Origin: an uncultured virus (IMG/VR IMGVR_UViG_3300002242_000758)
Lineage: Duplodnaviria; Heunggongvirae; Uroviricota; Caudoviricetes
Virus record (IMG/VR): IMGVR_UViG_3300002242_000758
Location: 53,284 to 73,283 of that record
DNA: 20,000 nt
Reading direction: 5' to 3' (one strand)
In this document: positions 8,361 through 15,488 of the stretch, one piece after another
Layout of the letters: each line of letters opens with the position of its first letter
Position numbering within the stretch: the first letter of the stretch is position 1
Made by a program: the position numbers and the translations under genes
Notes under the pieces: model-generated
Told to the model about the DNA's origin: nothing
The model's database searches: none
The model's input: only the letters and a program-made list of their open reading frames with translations

Positions 8361-9914
8361 ATGATATATATAGATGTATATCGACAATATATAACAGTAA
8401 CTTCTGTATTATTTTCAAAATTGTTATTTATGTTGTACGACTTTAATAAGAGTTTAACAACTTTTAAGTTAACTTCTACTAAAGGGCCTAGTAGATTTAG
8501 TAAACCTAGGATAGTTTCTGCAGAAGATAAACAGTTTTATGTAATAGAAACAGAAAATATTGGTAACCCCAACAAGAAGAATTTAATTAGATATGCTATA
8601 GGATCATTAGACCCTCTTATAGAATATCTTAAATCTAAAGGAGTTGAAGAAAAAGATATTAAAATAAGGAAACATGAATATCCAGTATATGATACATATC
8701 CTATAGAAATTAATCCTAAATTTACCCCTAGGTCATATCAGAAAAAATATATAGAAAAAATTGTTAGTTGGGATGGTAATAGTATTTTAGTAGACTTACA
8801 GACTGGTATGGGTAAAACTTTTATAGCCATGGCGTCTATAAGTCGTATGCAAAAAAGATTTGGCATATTAGTTTTGCCAAGATATATAGATAAATGGATA
8901 GGTGATGTCACAAGTTTGACAAACATAAAGAAAGATGAAATTTTAGTTTTACAAGGTTCTAAATCTATATTAAAAATGTTTATGATGTCTGAGGATGAGA
9001 TTTTAAAATATAAAGCAGTTATACTAAGTCTAAAAAGTATATCATTATTTATAAAAGAATATTTATTAGAGGATACTTATTCTGAAGAAGGAATAACACC
9101 AGAAAGACTATTTGAACTCCTTCAATTGGAAGTTATTATAAGTGATGAGGTACACCAGGAATTTCATAATGTTTTTAAAGTTATGTTGTATAGTAATATT
9201 AGACTGTTTATAGGTTTAACCGCTACATTAACTAGTAAAAATTCTAGATTAGAAAAAATGTATCATATATTGTTTCCAGAAACGAATCGTATATCTAATA
9301 TAGTTCCTTATAATAAATATATATCTGTATTTTCAGTCAGATATAGTTTTAAAAATAAAAGGCATATAAGATATAAAACCGCTTTTGGTTATAGCCAGCC
9401 AATATTCGAAACATCTATTTTAAAACATAGTGTTATAAGGACTAATTATTTTAATATGCTAAGAGTATTTTTAGAAAAAGCATATTTGAAAAGAAGAAAA
9501 GAAGGGGATAAGGTATTAGTATTTATGAGAACTATAGATATGTGCCGAGCCTTTATAGAATTTCTAAAAAGCCTAACGACATTTGATGGTTGTGTTATTA
9601 GTAAGTATACTGAGGAAGATGATTATGATGTTTTATTTAGCAGTGATATAATAGTATCTACATTAGGTAGTGCAGGAACAGCTGTCGATATACCTAATTT
9701 AATAGCAGTTTTACAGACAGATAATATAGATTCTGTTCAGAGTAACATACAATCATTAGGTAGATTAAGAGAAATAAAAGGTAGAAATGTTTATTTCATA
9801 TATTTTTGGACCTCTGATATTCCAGCCCATAAAATATATAATAGAAATAGGCATAAACTGTTTTCATCAAGAGTTAAATCCATTACATCGGTAGACTACC
9901 TAAGTTTGATCTAG
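8361..9914 (+). CDS. Superfamily 2 DExH helicase (phiKZ gp75-like; UvsW/XPB-type)
   Basis: Q-motif PRSYQ, Walker A QTGMGKT, Walker B DEVH, motif III TAT, motif V GTAVDIPNL, motif VI QSLGRLR. RBS GGAGG. Confidence 0.9.
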   Translation: MIYIDVYRQYITVTSVLFSKLLFMLYDFNKSLTTFKLTSTKGPSRFSKPRIVSAEDKQFYVIETENIGNPNKKNLIRYAIGSLDPLIEYLKSKGVEEKDIKIRKHEYPVYDTYPIEINPKFTPRSYQKKYIEKIVSWDGNSILVDLQTGMGKTFIAMASISRMQKRFGILVLPRYIDKWIGDVTSLTNIKKDEILVLQGSKSILKMFMMSEDEILKYKAVILSLKSISLFIKEYLLEDTYSEEGITPERLFELLQLEVIISDEVHQEFHNVFKVMLYSNIRLFIGLTATLTSKNSRLEKMYHILFPETNRISNIVPYNKYISVFSVRYSFKNKRHIRYKTAFGYSQPIFETSILKHSVIRTNYFNMLRVFLEKAYLKRRKEGDKVLVFMRTIDMCRAFIEFLKSLTTFDGCVISKYTEEDDYDVLFSSDIIVSTLGSAGTAVDIPNLIAVLQTDNIDSVQSNIQSLGRLREIKGRNVYFIYFWTSDIPAHKIYNRNRHKLFSSRVKSITSVDYLSLI

Positions 9915-9969
9915 TTAGAATATGTTTTATAGAAACAAACCCTATATAATAAAAAAATAAGGAGAAAAA

Positions 9970-10266
9970 ATGAGCAGAGTAATAGATCCAATTTTTTCTA
10001 ATATAATAGATGAGATAATAGAAGATGATATTAATGACTATATGGAGGATTTAGTTTTTTACATGACATTTAATAAAAGATTACACAGAATAGAGTTAGA
10101 AAAACTGGACACGAAGATCGGTAATGATAAGATTAAAGTTACTGTTGATGATAAGAATGGAGCTATAAATATAGAATTAAACGGTATAGATAATATATTC
10201 GTATTTAGCAATACTGCCAAAAATGGATACTATTATCTATTAAAAGTTATAGAAAAAAAGGATTAA
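9970..10266 (+). CDS. Hypothetical protein
   Basis: 98-aa ORF with AAGGAG RBS; no recognisable motif. Confidence 0.65.
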   Translation: MSRVIDPIFSNIIDEIIEDDINDYMEDLVFYMTFNKRLHRIELEKLDTKIGNDKIKVTVDDKNGAINIELNGIDNIFVFSNTAKNGYYYLLKVIEKKD

Positions 10267-10267
10267 G

Positions 10268-10618
10268 ATGCATAGTACAGAAGATATAGTTTTTAACATA
10301 ATGATGGGTGCTGTTATCAGCATGGCTATATTTTCATTTGTAAATGAATATGAGAATTTATTCATATGCCGACTTAAAGCTTTATTAAAGTTTTATAAAG
10401 ACGAAGGAATAGGTTTTAATGATCGTGAGATTTATAAATATAGATGTCAGATAAAGTATTATAATTCCAAGATAGAAAGTTTAAATTTAATACCTTATCT
10501 TAATGTCTTATTAACCATAGTATTTCTCACTATTATAATATTTTATCTTGCCAAACTTTTACTGTNTTTTTATAGAAGTAAAAAGAGATTAAATTTTAAT
10601 TCNATGTTTAGGAACTGA
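10268..10618 (+). CDS. Hypothetical membrane protein (two hydrophobic segments)
   Basis: 116 aa, coupled to the upstream gene. Hydrophobic IVFNIMMGAVISMAIFSFV and LIPYLNVLLTIVFLTIIIFYLAKLLL. Contains ambiguous bases at 10566 and 10603. Confidence 0.65.
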   Translation: MHSTEDIVFNIMMGAVISMAIFSFVNEYENLFICRLKALLKFYKDEGIGFNDREIYKYRCQIKYYNSKIESLNLIPYLNVLLTIVFLTIIIFYLAKLLLXFYRSKKRLNFNXMFRN

Positions 10619-10635
10619 GTANNTACTCAGTTCCT
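10610..10635 (+). terminator. Palindromic hairpin overlapping a TGA stop; putative terminator
   Basis: AGGAACTGAGTA-NN-TACTCAGTTCCT (12-bp perfect arms), with the T-tract at 10643-10648. Confidence 0.65.
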
Positions 10636-10642
10636 TCAAATA

Positions 10643-10670
10643 TTTTTTACCTATATATAACTTATATGAG
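10643..10670 (+). promoter_or_regulatory. Phage promoter motif, copy 3
   Basis: TTTTTT-ACCTATATATA-ACTTATATGA upstream of the gp77-like gene. Confidence 0.7.
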
Positions 10671-10707
10671 GCTTGGGCTTTAAATAAATAGAGAAAAAGG
10701 AGGAATT

Positions 10708-11325
10708 ATGGCAGCTAATGTAATTAGGGCCGAAGATCCAGATATAGCATATATGCTATCCTCTGGGGCCAGATTAACAAATGATGCCCTAAATTATTTC
10801 AGAGAAAGTTATAATAATTTTGTTAATAGGGCTTCTGAACTAGGGCAGGGTTTTGTGAATAGTGTTAATAATATGTTTCATTATTATAATAATAACGAAA
10901 TGATAGAAAACACTAAAGCTCTACTATCTGATACGGGTATAGTTACTGGGGAGGATGTGATATATAGACTTAATGAATCTACCATCCATAATCCAGGTTT
11001 CTTAATGAGAAGATATATACTAGCTGAACCTACGATCTATGAAAAGTATGAAAATAATAGATGCGTAGGATATGATGGGGAATGGTATAATCCAGATCCT
11101 TATGAAAAAGACCCATATATGAGAGAAGATTATTTAAGGGTAGTTGATGGATTAATAAGATATGATAAAGAAGATCAACCATTTGTAACATTCTTTTCAT
11201 CTGATTTAACAGATCCGTTAACAGTTAAAGAAAGACTAACTATACAGAATGCATGGGATATAATTAGTAAAAAGTTAGCAGAAGGAATAGATCCTACTGA
11301 TCCAGAAGCTGGAGAAATAGGCTAG
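10708..11325 (+). CDS. Conserved jumbo-phage protein (phiKZ gp77-like)
   Basis: Motifs MRRYILAEP, GYDG, DYLRVVDG and C-terminal GIDPTD resemble the gp77 family as I recall it. It lies after the gp75-like helicase. RBS AAGGAGG. Confidence 0.65.
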   Translation: MAANVIRAEDPDIAYMLSSGARLTNDALNYFRESYNNFVNRASELGQGFVNSVNNMFHYYNNNEMIENTKALLSDTGIVTGEDVIYRLNESTIHNPGFLMRRYILAEPTIYEKYENNRCVGYDGEWYNPDPYEKDPYMREDYLRVVDGLIRYDKEDQPFVTFFSSDLTDPLTVKERLTIQNAWDIISKKLAEGIDPTDPEAGEIG

Positions 11326-11348
11326 TAAATAATAAAAAGGAGGAAACG

Positions 11349-12035
11349 ATGCATAATAAAAGTAAAATGAGCGCGCTATTAGCTAAAGCATTTAGATGTA
11401 ATCTACGTAAAAAAGATTACAACAGGATATATGAAGGAACACCAGAAAAAAAGATTTTAGATGTTTCCATATTCAAAAATTTATTAGGGAGAAAACTTAA
11501 AAGACTTAGAAGTGTTATAAAAATATTTTTAGATCGTAGTAGTTATATATCTAAACGAGAGCTGCTTATGCTGAAGAGATATGGTGATAGAAAATATATA
11601 GAAGTTATATTACAAAAAAATCTAGCTATAGTGAATTTTACTAAAGATAGACGGATATATATTTATGAAACACCATCTAAAAATAAAAATAGCTATATTT
11701 ATAAGCACGTCTGTACCATGGATTTATGGGATCTCTTTACAAAAAATATACATGTTAAATTTGGATATGGGCTTAAATATTTAATTTCAAATATAGAATA
11801 TGATTTTAAAGAATTTATAAACGAGCTACGTACAAATCCAGATTTAAAAAATAAGGATATTACAACATGCGCAGTGCCTTCTATAGATATCTATGAAGGT
11901 AGAAAACGATCATATCCAAGTGGTAGGATAACGAAAACATATGGTACGGACGATTATGATTTCGATTTTGTAGAAGAACCATATGAAGATAAAATTTCTA
12001 TAGATTTTATCAAATCATTATGTGCGGGGCTATAG
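11349..12035 (+). CDS. Hypothetical basic (K/R-rich) protein
   Basis: 228-aa ORF with AAGGAGG RBS; basic N-terminal half and acidic C-terminal end; no recognisable family. Confidence 0.7.
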   Translation: MHNKSKMSALLAKAFRCNLRKKDYNRIYEGTPEKKILDVSIFKNLLGRKLKRLRSVIKIFLDRSSYISKRELLMLKRYGDRKYIEVILQKNLAIVNFTKDRRIYIYETPSKNKNSYIYKHVCTMDLWDLFTKNIHVKFGYGLKYLISNIEYDFKEFINELRTNPDLKNKDITTCAVPSIDIYEGRKRSYPSGRITKTYGTDDYDFDFVEEPYEDKISIDFIKSLCAGL

Positions 12036-12049
12036 GTGCTGTAATAACT

Positions 12050-12095
12050 ATGAAGCCGGTCTATGCTGGCTTCATGATCATTTTTTTCTTTTTTT
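12050..12095 (+). terminator. Putative intrinsic terminator
   Basis: ATGAAGCCGGT-CTAT-GCTGGCTTCAT hairpin with G-U pairs, then GATCA and a long T-tract. Confidence 0.7.
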
Positions 12096-12142
12096 CCAAA
12101 TTGATTTGAAACGCATGATAAATAAAATTTAAGGATATAATC

Positions 12143-13072
12143 ATGATAGTATTAAACATTCCAAAGGTAGATATTCCTACGTCATTAGGCTGGGTTCATG
12201 AGTCTACTGATTGGCAAGTAGCTACTAATCCTACGTTTAATGATGATAACATAGTAGCTAAATCTGAAAAGGATACAAAACATCTTACATCTATATCATT
12301 CGATATTGATATTCCTTCTAGTAATAGATTATACGCTAGAGCTAGGGTTAGATGTAATAAAGGAGTTTTTAGATGGTCTACTATCGGGGTTATAGAAATA
12401 GATGAGTCTATAGACGTAGTAGTTGATATACCTATACCGTCTAAAATAGCAAAACCAGTTATCCATTTAGACTATCCTAATAATAACTTCCCATCGACTA
12501 TGTTTAAAATAAATACAGATCCTATGTCTAGTAGTAATAATTCTAAGCATGTAGAAACATATTATTTCATAACAGATTTAGATGGAAAAGCATATTACTA
12601 TGTAGCTACTAGCGATGAGTTAAATTCAAAACTCGTTAATGAAATAAAACTTCCAGAAAATAAAACATATCTATTATCAGTAGCTTTTAGAAGTAGTAGT
12701 AATGATGTAAGTCCTATAGCTACTGAGATAATACATGTTAAATATATTCCGGATATAGTTTTAAAAAGTAATACTGAAAATATAGATGCTACAAAAGATT
12801 TTCCGGTAGCTATACAACCTGTAAATAATTTTAAATCTATGAACGTTAAAATTTACGGAAGTGGTATAGATATAGTAAAACTTATATACAATACTACACA
12901 ACAATCAATGTCTGTTGCAGTACCATCCTCGGTATTTAAAGATATTACAAGTACAAATATATTAATATCTATACAGGTACAATATAAAAATAATTCTGTA
13001 TCAGGGTTTAAATATTTTCCAGCGACTATTAAGCCGCCACAAGAATTAGATGCCGTATCATGTGATACTTGA
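12143..13072 (+). CDS. Putative virion protein with tandem FN3/Ig-like beta-sandwich domains
   Basis: HESTDWQVATNPTF...IVAKSEKDTKHLTS...YARARVR...RWS matches a phage FN3-like repeat pattern I recognise. A second degenerate unit follows (KPVI...HVETYY...TYLLSVAFRSSSNDVS). Confidence 0.55.
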   Translation: MIVLNIPKVDIPTSLGWVHESTDWQVATNPTFNDDNIVAKSEKDTKHLTSISFDIDIPSSNRLYARARVRCNKGVFRWSTIGVIEIDESIDVVVDIPIPSKIAKPVIHLDYPNNNFPSTMFKINTDPMSSSNNSKHVETYYFITDLDGKAYYYVATSDELNSKLVNEIKLPENKTYLLSVAFRSSSNDVSPIATEIIHVKYIPDIVLKSNTENIDATKDFPVAIQPVNNFKSMNVKIYGSGIDIVKLIYNTTQQSMSVAVPSSVFKDITSTNILISIQVQYKNNSVSGFKYFPATIKPPQELDAVSCDT

Positions 13073-13140
13073 TATAGGTTTTAAATTTTTCCCATATAAG
13101 CCCTATTTTGAATGTAAAAAAAAAGAAAAGGATAAGAAAT

Positions 13141-14628
13141 ATGCATATAGAGATATTAATTAAGCTACTTATTTTACTAGTTTCGGAATATAAAGTTAAT
13201 GGTAAGATAAAGTCGGTAGCATTAGCAGAGAAGATTTTAGAAGAGACTACTGTAGATAAGAAAGCTAAAATCTATAACGATGATACAGAACTTATTGTTA
13301 AACTTAGAGAGATGATAAAAAATATTATAAATGATAAAATAGAGCCTAATGAGGAGCTTCTTTTAAGTATAGAACTGTCATTAGTAGAAAAACCATCATT
13401 ATTAGAAATAGTTAAAAAATATGTAAATAGTAAACATCAGAAAAAATTGATCAGTAATCTATTATTAGAGTTAAATTCACAAGTTAAAAAACTTAGTAGT
13501 AGGAGATTACTACAAATAGCATTAAATAAATTAGCTGCTAATAATACAGATACTGATGTAGTATTAGAATCATTAATAGAAAAACTAAATGATGTTAAGA
13601 CTATGAGAGATATAGTAAATCCTGCCATAGTTGACAAGATCAATTTTAGTGATCCTGAAAGTATAAGAGCAGCTGCTAATAGAGCTTCTCAACTAGTATC
13701 TGAAGGAGTGGCATTAAAAACTGGGTGGAAATGTATTAATGCTATGACCCAAGGAGGGTTAAGAAGAGGTGAATTTGTAACAGCTTCTGCTTTACCGCAT
13801 AATTATAAATCTAGCTTTACTAAATCATTATTCATTCAGATAGCTAGATTAAACCAACCAGTTGCTGATAATCCTGAAAAAACTCCTATGTTGTTGTTTA
13901 TAAGTTTAGAAGAAGAGATAGATAATATTATGTCTTTTTTCTATCTCTATTTAAAACATACTGTAGATAATAAAACCTTTACTAAAAAGGAACAAAAAAA
14001 TCTAGACAAGAATGATATAAGAGAATATATTATGCAAAATTTATCAAAAGTGAGTGGGTATCATATAGAAGTATTGAGATTTAGGCCAGAACTTTTGACA
14101 TATAGCGCATTATTTAATATAGTTAATGAATATGAGAAGATGGGGTATGAATTACATGGAGTTTTTTTAGACTATGTTAAGAAAATGAATAGAGCCGGCT
14201 GTAATAATAGCGGGCCAATGGGGACCGATCTACTAGATTTATTTAGTAGAATAAGAAATGAGTTCTCTAGTAAAAAGATATTATTCTTTACACCACATCA
14301 GCTAAGCACTAACGCTAAACAACTTTTAAGAAATGGTATGCCTGCTTTAGAATTTGTTAAGTTTCTTCCAGGAAAAGGATATTATGCAGATAGTAGTCAA
14401 TTAGACCAAGAAATAGATTTAGAACTATTTTTACATATAACTAAAATAGGAAAAAAATCTTATCTAGCAGTTGCCAGAGGTAAACATAGAATACCTACTA
14501 TTATACCGGAAGAAGATAAATTTACCTTATTAGAATTTAGTGATCCTATTAGTCCATTGAGAGGAGATAGTGAAGATTACACGCCGTGCTGTAAAGAAGC
14601 TAATAATGATGAGGAATTCGATTTTTAG
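13141..14628 (+). CDS. dnaB: DnaB-like (SF4) replicative helicase (phiKZ gp118-like), 495 aa
   Basis: TGWKCINAMTQGGLRRGE, variant Walker A ALPHNYKS, H1a LFISLE, H2 FLDY, H3 TPHQLS, H4 DSSQLDQEID, RGKHR. Start placed at ATG 13141 after AAAGGA. Confidence 0.9.
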   Translation: MHIEILIKLLILLVSEYKVNGKIKSVALAEKILEETTVDKKAKIYNDDTELIVKLREMIKNIINDKIEPNEELLLSIELSLVEKPSLLEIVKKYVNSKHQKKLISNLLLELNSQVKKLSSRRLLQIALNKLAANNTDTDVVLESLIEKLNDVKTMRDIVNPAIVDKINFSDPESIRAAANRASQLVSEGVALKTGWKCINAMTQGGLRRGEFVTASALPHNYKSSFTKSLFIQIARLNQPVADNPEKTPMLLFISLEEEIDNIMSFFYLYLKHTVDNKTFTKKEQKNLDKNDIREYIMQNLSKVSGYHIEVLRFRPELLTYSALFNIVNEYEKMGYELHGVFLDYVKKMNRAGCNNSGPMGTDLLDLFSRIRNEFSSKKILFFTPHQLSTNAKQLLRNGMPALEFVKFLPGKGYYADSSQLDQEIDLELFLHITKIGKKSYLAVARGKHRIPTIIPEEDKFTLLEFSDPISPLRGDSEDYTPCCKEANNDEEFDF

Positions 14629-14668
14629 GTTATGGGCTATAGCTCATAACCAAGTTACCTTTCTTTTT
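14628..14668 (+). terminator. Near-perfect palindrome at the DnaB stop; putative terminator
   Basis: GGTTATGGGCTA/TAGCTCATAACC (one G-U pair), then AAGTTACCTTTCTTTTT. Confidence 0.65.
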
Positions 14669-14701
14669 CATTGAATTAATATTTTTTAAAAAGGATGACA
14701 G

Positions 14702-15400
14702 ATGATAGACAAGCTTATTATACCGGTACCAAAAAGTTTTAAAGAGCATCAAGAAGAAGTTAGTAAGTTTATAGAGGCTATTTTAACTAATCAGAATCTT
14801 TACTATAGAGGCTCTGATAAAGTAATTTTAGATAAAATAAATAACTTCTTTTTGTACCAGCTCAATGTTTTAAACGTTAGTTTAAGTAAGGACGATATAG
14901 ACCTTTTAATAAATAATAGTTTAGGTCTAATAATAAACCTTATTAGGCTAACAAAAACTATTCTACCTAATCTTAAAACAAATATGAGCTATAAAGAATT
15001 AGAAAAATTAGATAATATAAGATATATTATTGATGTTACAAAAGAGATTACTAACGATTTAATAGGAAGTAACTATAGTAATTTTGAGGTAAATAGTGAT
15101 GATGTTACTACATTTATAGATTCTCTTAATAATATAAATGAAAAAATAGATTACTTTGAAGCTACTAATTCTATCCTTATTTTCGTGGATAGAGATATAG
15201 TATTGAATATGGGAATTTTATCAAATCCTTTATATCTTAGTAATAAAATAGATTTAATTGAACAAAAAGAAATAGCAATAAATACTATTAAGATATTTTT
15301 AGAGACAATAGACAGTATATCGAAAGATATAGGTTATAATAATAATAGAGACAATAGCCTATTAAAATATTTGGTTTTAATCTATCTCCATCTTGTTTAG
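14702..15400 (+). CDS. Hypothetical protein, positional equivalent of phiKZ gp119 (possible virion protein)
   Basis: 232-aa ORF with AAGGA RBS, between DnaB and the major capsid gene. Function is inferred from synteny only. Confidence 0.55.
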   Translation: MIDKLIIPVPKSFKEHQEEVSKFIEAILTNQNLYYRGSDKVILDKINNFFLYQLNVLNVSLSKDDIDLLINNSLGLIINLIRLTKTILPNLKTNMSYKELEKLDNIRYIIDVTKEITNDLIGSNYSNFEVNSDDVTTFIDSLNNINEKIDYFEATNSILIFVDRDIVLNMGILSNPLYLSNKIDLIEQKEIAINTIKIFLETIDSISKDIGYNNNRDNSLLKYLVLIYLHLV

Positions 15401-15488
15401 AGGATGTAAAATATCTAAACATAAAAAAGCATATTTTTTACATATGCTTCTTTTTTCATATTTCTTTAAATTAACCAAGGAGATTTAA

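Noticed and set aside
334..13643. Short minus-strand ORFs (334..705, 805..1074, 1697..1885, 4653..4865, 5546..5752, 6377..6625, 7769..8113, 8738..8926, 13437..13643)
   Set aside because: They lie antisense to well-supported genes, lack convincing RBSs and have the shadow-ORF composition expected opposite AT-rich coding sequence.
2884..14628. Inteins or self-splicing introns in the RNAP or helicase genes
   Set aside because: No oversized insertions, no recognisable intein splice-junction or homing-endonuclease motifs, and no frame breaks within conserved regions.
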